Shown here piece by piece: positions 11,266 to 20,761 of a stretch of DNA of 64,000 nt; within the stretch, counting starts at the first letter, position 1, and each line of letters starts with the position of its first letter. This DNA is from an uncultured Planctomycetota bacterium (GTDB lineage Bacteria; Planctomycetota; Planctomycetia; Pirellulales; Lacipirellulaceae). The notes beneath the pieces are model-generated. The model was not told the origin of the DNA and did not search any database. It saw only the letters and a list, made by a program, of their open reading frames with translations. The DNA lies in contig CAVRBU010000006.1 of assembly GCA_963719315.1 (NCBI GenBank), positions 160,001-224,000 on the forward strand. Direction: 5' to 3'. The translations under genes were made by a program, and so were the position numbers.

Positions 11266-12222
11266 CTATTCCAATCCACTGCAACTTCGTGTTCGTGTAC
11301 ATGCAATCCCGAGTATTGCAATAGCGAGAAGAGCTGACATGCTCGGCTCAGGAACAATGCTGACCACGCGAAAGCCCACTTCCAGGAACTCGCTGGATGC
11401 GCCGACGACGTTTCCGTGTGTTGAAGACATTTCGCTCGCAAACTGTCCCCAGTCGCCACCACGGATTGCGCGGCCGAACAAATCCGGCATATTACTCATA
11501 TTCACATTCAGATTGGTTTCATTCCATTCCAGTGCGTTTCCGCCCTGGCCCATCGTACCGTAGGGACTCAATCCGCCCGCTTGCGTAATGTCCGCTGGGC
11601 CAACCTGCAGAAATACGGCGGTGCCTGGCGCGACTCCGCTAGGCACAGACGCAGGCGGAGTGTCGCTACCGGTCGGGTAATCGAAATATGTTCCGCTCGG
11701 TGGCTCGAAATAGGCCGCTTTGTACCATTCGTTCACGCTCGGCAAAAAATACTGGGAGAAACTGTTACGAAAAACGTTCGCAGCGTCATAACCCGGGTCA
11801 CTGGGCTGCCAGAATTGAAACGACCCAGCGCCGTCGAACTTGTACGCCGCTGGATGACCGCTGCTCGTGTTGAGCCAATTGACGAACTTGGCCGCCTCGT
11901 ACCAAGTGACTTCTGTGACCGGCTTGTTCGGACCGCGCATTGTCTTGGTGATTCCCAGCCCGCCCAAGGTGTTCGCCTTGTCGATCATCTGTTCGGAGAT
12001 TTCGTACTTCCCCATGCGGTACGAATAATCAACCGACCCCGCCTGGATAGGACGGCCGGTCGTGTCCGGCGGATTCCCCGGGTTGCCGATCGTCACGAAG
12101 TCGATCTGAAAAGAATTCGTCCCGCTGCCGAACGTGTCGGCCATCGAAGGCGAACCGAATACAAGCGCGCTCAGACTGAAAGCGAGCAAGAAGAAAGAGG
12201 AGCTCCGTTTCATTAGACTCAC
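11266..12222 (-). CDS. FGE-sulfatase (SUMF1-like) domain protein with PEP-CTERM sorting signal
   Basis: Signal peptide; IGNPGN, EWYKAAY, GQGGNALEW, RGG, GFRV; C-terminal VPEPS plus hydrophobic and basic tail. Confidence 0.9.
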   Translation of the reverse strand: MSLMKRSSSFFLLAFSLSALVFGSPSMADTFGSGTNSFQIDFVTIGNPGNPPDTTGRPIQAGSVDYSYRMGKYEISEQMIDKANTLGGLGITKTMRGPNKPVTEVTWYEAAKFVNWLNTSSGHPAAYKFDGAGSFQFWQPSDPGYDAANVFRNSFSQYFLPSVNEWYKAAYFEPPSGTYFDYPTGSDTPPASVPSGVAPGTAVFLQVGPADITQAGGLSPYGTMGQGGNALEWNETNLNVNMSNMPDLFGRAIRGGDWGQFASEMSSTHGNVVGASSEFLEVGFRVVSIVPEPSMSALLAIAILGIACTRTRSCSGLE

Positions 12223-12394
12223 CTCAAACTACGAGCGGACATAGACATACCCCGCCGAACGGCGCATTGCAAGCCTTCTATTCAGGTCATCGCCAGCCAC
12301 TTATTCCAATGCCAACGCCGCGCCCGAAAGGCCACCCTTCAATATAGCCACCCCGCATGAAGCCGCCCCAATAAAGGGAGATAAAACAGTCAAG

Positions 12395-12423
12395 AACCGA
12401 ATCCGATGATGCCCCGCGTCATC
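12395..12423. repeat. 29-bp direct repeat, copy 2
   Basis: Identical to 10879-10907. Confidence 0.9.
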
Positions 12424-13020
12424 TTTTCCCTTCCCGCGGACCGGCCAAAAAAAGTCGTGGAATCGCCGGCTTGAAAATGCTACAGTCCGGGCACGCTGCA
12501 TTGCGACGGCGTTTGTTCCTTGAAAATTTAGAGGAAGCTGTTAGCTATTAGCTGTTAGCTATCAGTCAGAGGTTGCGCGGTCTCCCGGCGTGCTCGCTCA
12601 ATTCTCCGCCAACCCCGGCCGTCGCCGCGTTTTCAAGCCTCGACCGCACTGGCTAACAACTAAATCCTGCCAGATTCCAGCTTCTTAGAGAGCAAACTCG
12701 CCTACTATTGCACGTCCCATGCACGCCCGAACCACTGGATTTCCAGCGGCTCGTCGCACGAGCGCCGCGCGAAAAGGAGGACTTTTGCACGCGAAAAAAA
12801 ATTTTCACGCGTCCGCACAATCGGACTCCCTTGCCGCCCAACGACTTGCGAATTCCATTGCGCGAAGCCTTCGCGCAAAACTCACGGCGTGGATGAGTCT
12901 CGCACTCGACGAAGCTCGGCGAAAACAAAGGGAACGGCTCTGTAGAAAAGATCTGTGGGAGGCCTCTCCGAGGCCGATGTCGTGTTCCATTTTCCGACGT
13001 TCTTCGGCGTCGTAGTGATC

Positions 13021-13110
13021 GAGAGCGGAGGGTCGAGAGTCGAGGGCCAGAGAGCTACTCGACCGCTGTCTTGAATCCGGCTCTCGACACTCGACTCTAG
13101 ACCCTCGACC
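13021..13110. repeat. Tandem-heptamer inverted repeat (GAGAGTC/GACTCTC type)
   Basis: GAGGGTC-GAGAGTC-GAGGGCC … CTCGACA-CTCGACT-CTAGACC-CTCGACC. Confidence 0.85.
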
Positions 13111-13250
13111 TCCCGCGAATAGACGAAGTTATTCATGATTCGCCGGCGCGTTCGGAGCTGCCAGCATCGTTGGGGCTTGAGGTTGACCGGTGGGGCGAAT
13201 CGCCCTAATCTCCGCCCCTCGCCACACACTTTTCTAGCAAGGATGAATCG

Positions 13251-14423
13251 ATGCCCACCGACAAAGTTGCGGTCCCCCCGCCGGCAGTTCCGATGTTGGA
13301 TGTGAATCGCGAGAATTCGCGACTAGCCGCCGAATTGGAAGCGGCGATGGCGGAGGTATCGCGATCGGGAGCGTTCGTGCATGGGCCGGCGTGCCACAAA
13401 TTCGAAGCCGAGATGGCCAGGTACTGCGGCGCGAAGCATGCGATTGGTTGCGCGTCGGGCAGCGATGCGCTGCTGTTGACGCTTTTGGCGCTGGGCGTGG
13501 GTCCGGGCGATGAAGTCATCGTGCCGAGCTTCACATTTTTCGCGACCGCGAGCGCCGTGTGGCGACTCGGCGCGAAGCCGGTGTTCGCCGACATCGTGCC
13601 GGAGACATTCAACCTCGACCCGGCCGACGTGCTTTACAAGATCAGCACGGCCACAAAGGCCATCATCCCGGTGCACTTGTTCGGGCAATGTGCCGACATG
13701 AACAAAATTCGACAGATCGCGAGCGCGGCCCGCGGAGTTCCCATCATCGAGGATTCGTGCCAGGCGATCGGCGCCGAGTATCACGGTGTGCGTACCGGCT
13801 CGTTGGGCGCGGCGGCCTGCTTCAGTTTTTATCCGACCAAGAACTTGGGCGGCTTCGGCGACGGCGGATTGATTACGACTGATGATGCTGAGTTAGGGGA
13901 AAAACTACGCGTGCTCCGCGACCACGGTCAGCAGCCGCGGTACTATCATCACTTTGTGGGTCTCAACAGCCGGCTCGATGCGCTACAGGCGGCGGTGCTG
14001 AGCGTGAAGCTGCCACACCTGGACGCATGGGCGGCGGCACGGAAGCGGCATGCCGACCGTTATCGGGCGGAATTCGATCGGCGCGGCATCGGCGCGGCAG
14101 TGGTTGCACCGACGACGGCCGACGATTGTCAGCATGTATGGAACCAATACACGGTCCGCGTGAAGAACGGCCGCCGCGACGCATTGCAGAAGCACCTGGC
14201 CGATCGCAAAATCGGCGCGGCCATTTATTACCCGGTGCCGCTCCACTTGCAAAAGTGCTTCGGCGCGCTCGGTTGCGAAGCGGGCAGCTTGCCCGTGACC
14301 GAACAGGCGTGCCGCGAGGTATTGTCGCTGCCCGTTTATCCAGAGCTGACCGAGGCCGAGCAAGGCGCGGTGATCGACGCGATCGCGGAATTCTGCCAGG
14401 CGAAAAGCCGGGCGGCAGCGTGA
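13251..14423 (+). CDS. DegT/DnrJ/EryC1/StrS PLP-dependent aminotransferase
   Basis: SGSDAL, PVHLFGQ, IIEDSCQA, FSFYPTKNLGGFGDGG, NSRLD. Confidence 0.95.
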   Translation: MPTDKVAVPPPAVPMLDVNRENSRLAAELEAAMAEVSRSGAFVHGPACHKFEAEMARYCGAKHAIGCASGSDALLLTLLALGVGPGDEVIVPSFTFFATASAVWRLGAKPVFADIVPETFNLDPADVLYKISTATKAIIPVHLFGQCADMNKIRQIASAARGVPIIEDSCQAIGAEYHGVRTGSLGAAACFSFYPTKNLGGFGDGGLITTDDAELGEKLRVLRDHGQQPRYYHHFVGLNSRLDALQAAVLSVKLPHLDAWAAARKRHADRYRAEFDRRGIGAAVVAPTTADDCQHVWNQYTVRVKNGRRDALQKHLADRKIGAAIYYPVPLHLQKCFGALGCEAGSLPVTEQACREVLSLPVYPELTEAEQGAVIDAIAEFCQAKSRAAA

Positions 14424-14427
14424 TAGC

Positions 14428-14506
14428 GGGTCGAGAGTCGAGGGTCTAGGGCCAGAAAAGCTGTATTTGTTTCCGACCCTAGACCCTCAACCCTAGACCC
14501 TCGACC
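14428..14506. repeat. Tandem-heptamer inverted repeat between convergent genes
   Basis: GGGTCGA-GAGTCGA-GGGTCTA … CCCTAGA-CCCTCAA-CCCTAGA-CCCTCGA. Confidence 0.85.
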
Positions 14507-14515
14507 ATGCCCCTA

Positions 14516-14701
14516 CTAATCCTTTGGGCGTTTTACTTCGTACGTCCGTCTGGTGGGTATGAGCGTGATGGCCAGGCCGAGAGCCGTTCCGAGAATCACG
14601 ATGGCCCAGGAGACGCTCAATCCCTTGCCGCCGGAACTGGCCGGAGTTTCTATGCTGGATTTCTTCGCGAGCAGGATTAGGAACTCGAATGCTTGGTGCA
14701 T
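14516..14701 (-). CDS. Small single-TM hypothetical protein
   Basis: 61 aa, SWAIVILGTALGLAITLIPTRR. Confidence 0.55.
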   Translation of the reverse strand: MHQAFEFLILLAKKSSIETPASSGGKGLSVSWAIVILGTALGLAITLIPTRRTYEVKRPKD

Positions 14702-14741
14702 GGTTGAGACGTGCCGATGTTTGAGGTGGCGCCAGCGGCCG

Positions 14742-15320
14742 CTACGCTTCCCATTCTAGATGAGCGGGCAGTTCCTGCCAATCTGCCGTTACGACGGGGG
14801 CGGCGGAGAGTGTGCCGGTGAGCCAGTCTTCGAGCGGGCGGGCCGCGCGGCGGAACAGGCCGGTCGGCATGGCCACGGTGTCCCAGCTATCGGACAGGGG
14901 CCGGGCGTGCGGCACGTAATCGGCCAGACGAACGCCGAGGAAGCCGTAGTGGTCGCCGCGGAACTCGAAAATCTGCTCGCGTGGCAGCGGCGACCGGCTG
15001 GCCACCAATTGGTAAGCGAACACCAACATCGGGCAGAAGCCGGGGCCGAAATGGTTTTGCCAGGTGGCGAGGCTCCGCAAGTCGTCGCGCGTGGACCAGT
15101 TCTTCCAATACTGGTGATGCTCATCACCGGACGGAAAGCGGCGGCCCTTCACGTCGACTAACCACGAAATCTGGCCGGGCGGCGAGACGATGAAGTCGAG
15201 GCTCTTGAGCGAACCGCCCGCCACCAGGCTGCGGCGCGCTTCATCGACGGCGATGTACGGCAAGCGGCGAGCACGAAGGTATTCTTCGAAGGCCGCTTCG
15301 TAATGGTTGTCGCGGTTCAT
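14742..15320 (-). CDS. HYExAFE family protein
   Basis: N-terminal HYEAAFE; LDFIV…VDVKG resembles a PD-(D/E)XK motif. Confidence 0.8.
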   Translation of the reverse strand: MNRDNHYEAAFEEYLRARRLPYIAVDEARRSLVAGGSLKSLDFIVSPPGQISWLVDVKGRRFPSGDEHHQYWKNWSTRDDLRSLATWQNHFGPGFCPMLVFAYQLVASRSPLPREQIFEFRGDHYGFLGVRLADYVPHARPLSDSWDTVAMPTGLFRRAARPLEDWLTGTLSAAPVVTADWQELPAHLEWEA

Positions 15321-15327
15321 GGGGATT

Positions 15328-15389
15328 AGGTGTCGGGTGTCGGGTGTCGGGTGTCAGGTGTCGGATTGTGAATCTGATCCCCGACATCT
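15328..15389. repeat. GGTGTCG tandem-heptamer inverted repeat (empty)
   Basis: (GGTGTCG/A) x5 then a short CCGACA arm. Confidence 0.85.
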
Positions 15390-16751
15390 ACTCTTGTACA
15401 CTACTTTGTTTAGGTCGCCAAGATGCGTTGGATCTCGTGCGACGAGTTCGGCGGCGTTGTCGGCGAGGGAGGCGGTCGTGCTGTTGCCGTTGGATAGATC
15501 TTTGACCTGGCACGCGCCGGCGTCGAACTCACGTTGGCCGGCGATTACGGCGACGCGGAAGCCTTTTCGGTCGGCGTATTGCAGTTGTTTGCCGAGTTTG
15601 ACTGGCTCGGGGTAAACTTCCGTGGCTAGCCCGGCGGTGCGTAGCACCGCGGCAATTTGGAAGTAGTCGCCGAGGTGGGCGGCGTCGAAGTAGGGGATGA
15701 AGACTTGGGCTGGCGTTTGCACGGCCGGGAGCATGCCGAGTTCTTCCATCGCGCCTAAGAGTCGATCGAGGCCGAGCGACGCGCCGATGCCGGGCAATTG
15801 TTGTTTGGTGTACAGCTCGGCCAGGTTATCGTAACGACCGCCGCTGCAGACGCTACCGAATTCCGGTTTGTCATTGAGCAGCGTTTCGAGCACGGTGCCC
15901 GTGTAATAGTCGAGGCCGCGGGCGATGGAGACATCGAGCTTGATGTGACTCTCCGGAACGCCGGCGGCGCGGACGGCATTCCACAGTTCGGCGAGCCGCT
16001 CAATGCCTTCGAGCCCGCGCTGACTACTGCCGACTAAGGGACGGAGCTGCGTGAGCACGGCGTCGTTCGTGCCGGTGAGCTGCACCATCTGAACGACTTG
16101 CCGCGCTTGTGCTTCCGATGCGCCGGCCGTTTCGCACATCTCTTCGACCACGCGATCGGGGCCGATTTTTGCCAGCTTGTCGATGGCCCGCAGGATGTCG
16201 GTCGAGCGTTCGGCGAGCCCCAACGATTCGAGCAATCCGTTGAGCACGAGTCGATTGTTGACGTGAATCGTGAACCGCTCGAAGCCGATTGCTCGCAGTA
16301 AGTCGTGGGCGACGAGCACGGTCTCGGCGTCGGCGGCCGTTCCAGTCGTGCCGATCGTGTCGAAATCGCATTGCATGAACTCGCGGTAGCGGCCGCGCTG
16401 CGTGTTCTCTCCGCGCCAAACGGTGGCGATGTGGTAGCGCTTGAACGGTGTGCCTAGTTCGGCAATGTGTTGTGCGGCGAAGCGGGCCAGCGGCACGGTG
16501 AGATCGAAGCGGAGGCCGACATCGCGGCCGCCGTGGTCTTGGAATTTGTAGAGTTGCTTGTCGGTTTCAGCGCCTCCTTTGCCGACCAGGATTTCGAGGT
16601 ATTCCAGCGCCGGCGTATCAATCGGGCTGAAGCCGTACGAACGAAACACGCGCCGCGCGGTGTCGATGATCTGCTCACGCGGCAGCATGGCTTGCGGCAG
16701 GTAGTCGCGGAAGCCTTTGAGCGTGCGGGGTTGGATGGGGGGAGAGGACAT
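15354..16751 (-). CDS. hisS: Histidyl-tRNA synthetase
   Basis: KGFRD, LRFDLTVPLAR, GRYREFMQCDFD, RGLDYYTG, GGRYD, GASLGLDR. The true stop may be near 15409 in another frame. Confidence 0.97.
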   Translation of the reverse strand: MSSPPIQPRTLKGFRDYLPQAMLPREQIIDTARRVFRSYGFSPIDTPALEYLEILVGKGGAETDKQLYKFQDHGGRDVGLRFDLTVPLARFAAQHIAELGTPFKRYHIATVWRGENTQRGRYREFMQCDFDTIGTTGTAADAETVLVAHDLLRAIGFERFTIHVNNRLVLNGLLESLGLAERSTDILRAIDKLAKIGPDRVVEEMCETAGASEAQARQVVQMVQLTGTNDAVLTQLRPLVGSSQRGLEGIERLAELWNAVRAAGVPESHIKLDVSIARGLDYYTGTVLETLLNDKPEFGSVCSGGRYDNLAELYTKQQLPGIGASLGLDRLLGAMEELGMLPAVQTPAQVFIPYFDAAHLGDYFQIAAVLRTAGLATEVYPEPVKLGKQLQYADRKGFRVAVIAGQREFDAGACQVKDLSNGNSTTASLADNAAELVARDPTHLGDLNKVVYKSRCRGSDSQSDT

Positions 16752-16760
16752 GCAATGGAA

Positions 16761-16826
16761 TAGAGCGGTAGTGGAGTAGAGGATGCCTCGCCCAAAAGTT
16801 TACTCCACGACTCCACTACCGCTCTA
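16761..16826. repeat. Intergenic inverted repeat with 8-mer-like units
   Basis: TAGAGCGGTAGTGGAGT / ACTCCACTACCGCTCTA perfect 17-bp arms. Confidence 0.85.
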
Positions 16827-16841
16827 CTGCTCTTGCATTAC

Positions 16842-17285
16842 TCACCCCAAAATCGGCAACAGCGGCGGCTTCTTGCTGCGGATACTCTGGCCGTCGTCCT
16901 GGATCACCGCCTCGATGTATTCGGCGACTTGTTCGGGCCGCTCGAGGTAGAAATCGTACGTCCAGTCGTCCTCGTATTCACAGTCCTTGGTCGAATAATC
17001 GCGGCAGACTTGCGGGCGGGTGTTGTAAATGCCACAGCGGTTGTCGTCCTGCAAGTGCCGGCATTGCGTATGAACGAGCAGATACCAGTCTTCGTTTTCC
17101 TTGAACACGGTGGCCCGTTCGTGTAACAAGAACCAGCGGATGAACTCGTAGTCCGCGAGCTCCTCCGGTGTGTCGAACGGGAGGGCGAAGTAGCGACAGC
17201 ATTTGGCCGTGCAGTATTCGCAGAGGACCTTATCTTTGGGAACTTGTTTGCGAGTGGGCTTCGGTGAGACGAGGGCGGTGGCCAT
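16842..17285 (-). CDS. YkgJ-family cysteine-cluster protein
   Basis: CEYCTAKCC … CRHL … CGIYNTRPQVCRDY. Confidence 0.9.
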   Translation of the reverse strand: MATALVSPKPTRKQVPKDKVLCEYCTAKCCRYFALPFDTPEELADYEFIRWFLLHERATVFKENEDWYLLVHTQCRHLQDDNRCGIYNTRPQVCRDYSTKDCEYEDDWTYDFYLERPEQVAEYIEAVIQDDGQSIRSKKPPLLPILG

Positions 17286-17616
17286 GGCGACAATTCCTGC
17301 GAACAATTGCGGTGTTGTGGTTAACTTAACACGATGCGTGCAGCGCTGCTAGTACGGCAGTGCCGAGCGAATCATAGAGGAACACTGATCGTCACTAATC
17401 CTCGCTCATCGGGATGAGTGCTAATTACTCAAACTGAAAAGTCGAACCGCCAAGATCGCCAAGAACGCCAAGGAATACAGAGAGAAATCAACTTGGCATG
17501 CAGTTTGTCCGTGAAAGACCTTTCCGGCAGTCTAACGCGTTCCAATCGTAATAAAATGAAGACTTGTGCTCTTGGCGTGCTTGGCGGTTTTCACTTTGAG
17601 TAATTGGAGTAGATTA

Positions 17617-18198
17617 ATGTTTCAACATGCTGGCAAAAGTGTTATGTCGACGAAGCATAAGCCAAAACGACCGCTGTTGCGCAGCTTTCCGCCGATTGCG
17701 GCAGCGGATGCTCGGGTGCTCGTGCTGGGAACGATGCCGAGTATTGCGTCGCTTGCGAAGCGGCAGTTCTACGGTCATCCGCAAAACGCGTTCTGGCCGA
17801 TCATGGGCCGGTTGTTCGGCGCCGGGCCAGAGTTGCCGTATGAAGCGCGGAAGGCCATTTTGTGCGCGAACGGAGTTGCCGTTTGGGACGTGCTGCGGGA
17901 ATGCTACCGCGAGGGAAGTTTGGATTCGGCGATCGAAATTGATTCGGAATCGCCGAACGACTTTGCGAAGTTCTTTTGCGCGCATTCCAACATTCACAGC
18001 GTTTTTTTCAATGGCCATAAGGCCGAAACGGCGTTTCGCCGCCATGCGTTGCCCCTGGTGTCGAAACTGAAGCGGGAGTTTTTGTACGCCCGTTTGCCTT
18101 CGACCAGCCCCGCGCATGCGGGCCGCAATTTTACGCAGAAGTTAACGGCCTGGCGGGCGGTGAAACGGGCGACTTCGCGGCAGAGGCCGAATGGATGA
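17617..18198 (+). CDS. Uracil-DNA glycosylase superfamily, DNA-deoxyinosine glycosylase type
   Basis: LVLGTMPS, YGHPQNAFW, GSLDSAI, FFNG, LPSTSPA. Confidence 0.9.
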   Translation: MFQHAGKSVMSTKHKPKRPLLRSFPPIAAADARVLVLGTMPSIASLAKRQFYGHPQNAFWPIMGRLFGAGPELPYEARKAILCANGVAVWDVLRECYREGSLDSAIEIDSESPNDFAKFFCAHSNIHSVFFNGHKAETAFRRHALPLVSKLKREFLYARLPSTSPAHAGRNFTQKLTAWRAVKRATSRQRPNG

Positions 18199-18212
18199 AC
18201 CACAAAGCGGTG

Positions 18213-18788
18213 TCAGTCGATTAATGCCAGCGCTTTGTCGAGCATTCGCAGGACGCTTGCTTCGTCGGTGAGTTCGCGCACTTCATCGGGCGTGCACCAT
18301 CGGACGTCGTGTGATTCGTCGCTGACGCGGATGGCAGTGCCGGCGTGGGCGATCAGCAGAAAGCGAATGTCGTGGTGCTCGTGGGCGTCCTCGATCATTT
18401 GGCCGTCGGCGTCGTAGCGGGCCGGTATTTCGTGTACGTCGAGGTCGAAGGGCATCATGACTCCGTGGATGGGAACGATTTCGAAACGCGTGAGGCCCGA
18501 TTCCTCGCGAGCCTCGCGGAGGGCGGCTTCCTCGACGTGCCACTGGCCATCGGTGTGGCCGCCCAATTGCAGCCAGCGGTTGAGCTTGCGATGGTGCGTC
18601 AGCAGCACGTGGCGGCGATCAGTCGAGAGAATCCAAGCCGCAGCCGTGATATGTCCCGGTCGGCAGGTGCGCTCGAAGCAGTTCGCGTGGTCGTGAACGA
18701 GTGCGCAGATGCGGTCCACGACCTCCGCCTCGTGTGGGAAGGCGTCACGGTACTGGGCCAGCATTTCCAAGAGCGGCCAGCGGGACAT
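18213..18788 (-). CDS. NUDIX hydrolase
   Basis: GHITAAAW, LQLGGH…ALREAREESGL. Confidence 0.93.
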   Translation of the reverse strand: MSRWPLLEMLAQYRDAFPHEAEVVDRICALVHDHANCFERTCRPGHITAAAWILSTDRRHVLLTHHRKLNRWLQLGGHTDGQWHVEEAALREAREESGLTRFEIVPIHGVMMPFDLDVHEIPARYDADGQMIEDAHEHHDIRFLLIAHAGTAIRVSDESHDVRWCTPDEVRELTDEASVLRMLDKALALID

Positions 18789-18795
18789 GGAAGTT

Positions 18796-18887
18796 AGGTG
18801 TCAGGTGTCGGGTGTCGGAGAAGACGTCATTGTCGGCGGAACGCCTGCATACTACACCTGACTCCCGACACCGGAAACCCGACACCT
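18796..18887. repeat. GGTGTCG tandem-heptamer inverted repeat (empty)
   Basis: AGGTGTCAGGTGTCGGGTGTCGG … ACACCTGACTCCCGACACCGGAAACCCGACACC. Confidence 0.85.
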
Positions 18888-18890
18888 TCC

Positions 18891-20750
18891 TTACGGCGCC
18901 ACGGCTTTTTGGACCGATGCCGGGCGGTGGTAGTACGAATAGGGCGCCGTGAAGCCGGGTGGCGGATTGAGGAGCGAGTCGGGCAGGAATTCGACTTCCA
19001 GTTCGCCGCTGGAGCTGTCTAAGTCGTGGCCAACGATGACTTGGCCGCGAATCAATGAACGGTTCTGGAAGGTTAGGTCGTCGCGAACCGCGATCAGGCC
19101 GCGGATCGCGGAGCGGTAAATATCATTCGTATCGCTATCGACGCCGAAGTCTTCATGCGACGCGCCGGCCGGATTGAAGTTCGTACTGTTTTCCTTTTCA
19201 CTCAGAGCGCGATTCGTGGCATTGATCGAGAAGTCGGCATCCGTCGGATTATCCGCGTCGACGAGCAGGGCGGGGTAGCCGGCGACGGCCGGCGTCCAAC
19301 TAATCGGTCCGCTGCCGATGCAGGAGCCGGCCCCTGGATTCACCAACAGCAATGTGCCCACGATGCGCGAACGTTCGATGGTGACCTTATTGCCGTTGCA
19401 GTTGATCCAGTAAATGCCTTCGGAGTTTGTCGTCGCACCAAACGGATTGAGGCTAGGGCTAAGAACCTGGCGGTAGATTAGCTTGCCGGTAGTCGTTTCA
19501 CGAATGGTCAGGTCGTCGAAATAGAAGTCGGAGGTGTTCGTAGAATCGGTCCCGGCGATCTTGATGAAGGCGTATTCCAAGTTGCCGGACCAGGTGGGCG
19601 CTGTGAGCGTGGCTGAAATCGGCCGCCATCCCAGCGCCAGGACGGCGGTATCTGTGCCGATATCCTGTTGAACGCTGCCCCCTTCTCCTTTGAGGGTCAT
19701 TGTAAATTTGAAATTCTTGATCAGCGTAAAGACGCCCGGCAGGTAAACCCAGCCGTCGATGGTATACTGTTGGCCCGGCTTCACGAAGCCGTCGATGTAT
19801 TGAGCGGCGCCGGCGTCCCAGGCGGTGCGATTTTGGACTCGTAGGCTGTACGTGCCGTTGTGTCTGGTCGTGTTGGATTGGCTAATATTGGCCGTGGGCG
19901 TGCCAATTGCCGAGCCAGTCCAATCCGTCGTGCCGCTCTCGATGCCGGTATTGCGACCCAAGTTCGGTGTTTGGCTGGAAAGACTGTTGATGTTGATTTC
20001 GGTTCCGTTCGTGCGATAGTAATTGAACACTGAAGTCCAATCGGGCATCGCCGGCCGTTTTTCCGACGTGACTCGCGTGGTGGTGCTATTGTAGGTGGAC
20101 CCGCCGATCGAGACGGCCTCGACCTTGCCGTAGACTTGCGAGCTGGTTACTGAGATTTGGTTCGCGGTGATCAGCGCGTTGTTCGCGCGCAAGGTATTAC
20201 TCTGCAACGCGATCGAGTCGCCCACCCCGACCGCCGAGCGGAGGCAACCGAGCGGTTCTTTGCGCGGATCGATGGTTACTTTCACGCGCTGCTCGGCGCC
20301 GCCGCTGTAGCCGATGCCCAACACGACGACAGGATCGTCGGCGCTGTTCGCCAAATCGCCGTCGATTGGGTCAGTCACGTCGAGCGTGCACGTGCCCTTG
20401 CCTGTCCCGCGTTTGACGAACCAGTTGCCGTTCGTGTACGTGGTCCGCCAATTAGTGTCCTGTTTCATGGTCAATAGCGCCAGCTCGACGGCCGAATTCG
20501 CATTGAGCTGCGCCTGCCGCATGTCGGTCGAGGCGATGATCAATCGATTCTGCAAACGTTGGCCGACAAGCGCGGACATGCTCAATAGCGCCACAACGAG
20601 CGCGGTGGCGAGCACGGCGATGTAGACTCCGCCGCGCCTCTGGGGAGTTCGGCGGGCGTAGGGCCGGGAATTGCAACATGCAAAGTGCAAATTGCGAAAT
20701 GTAAAATGATGGACGTTCGCAATTTGCAATTTGCATGTTGCATGTTGCAT
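18891..20750 (-). CDS. PilX/GspK-like minor pilin with internal CBM4/9-like carbohydrate-binding module
   Basis: RRG|GVYIAVL hydrophobic helix lacking Glu5; QAQLNANSAVELAL; internal N..IESGTTDW…HNGTYSLRV..R…QQYTIDGWVY…FYFDDL. Confidence 0.75.
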   Translation of the reverse strand: MQHATCKLQIANVHHFTFRNLHFACCNSRPYARRTPQRRGGVYIAVLATALVVALLSMSALVGQRLQNRLIIASTDMRQAQLNANSAVELALLTMKQDTNWRTTYTNGNWFVKRGTGKGTCTLDVTDPIDGDLANSADDPVVVLGIGYSGGAEQRVKVTIDPRKEPLGCLRSAVGVGDSIALQSNTLRANNALITANQISVTSSQVYGKVEAVSIGGSTYNSTTTRVTSEKRPAMPDWTSVFNYYRTNGTEININSLSSQTPNLGRNTGIESGTTDWTGSAIGTPTANISQSNTTRHNGTYSLRVQNRTAWDAGAAQYIDGFVKPGQQYTIDGWVYLPGVFTLIKNFKFTMTLKGEGGSVQQDIGTDTAVLALGWRPISATLTAPTWSGNLEYAFIKIAGTDSTNTSDFYFDDLTIRETTTGKLIYRQVLSPSLNPFGATTNSEGIYWINCNGNKVTIERSRIVGTLLLVNPGAGSCIGSGPISWTPAVAGYPALLVDADNPTDADFSINATNRALSEKENSTNFNPAGASHEDFGVDSDTNDIYRSAIRGLIAVRDDLTFQNRSLIRGQVIVGHDLDSSSGELEVEFLPDSLLNPPPGFTAPYSYYHRPASVQKAVAP

Positions 20751-20758
20751 TTTGCAAT
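20668..20758. repeat. TTGCAAT-type tandem-heptamer inverted repeat overlapping the gene start
   Basis: TTGCAAC-ATGCAAA-GTGCAAA-TTGC … GCAATTT-GCAATTT-GCATGTT-GCATGTT-GCATTTT-GCAAT. Confidence 0.85.
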
Positions 20759-20761
20759 CTC

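Noticed and set aside
12300..13250. Non-coding RNA or gene in the ~1 kb spacer
   Set aside because: Only repeats and weak ORFs are visible; no RNA family is recognisable by eye (an Rfam scan is needed).
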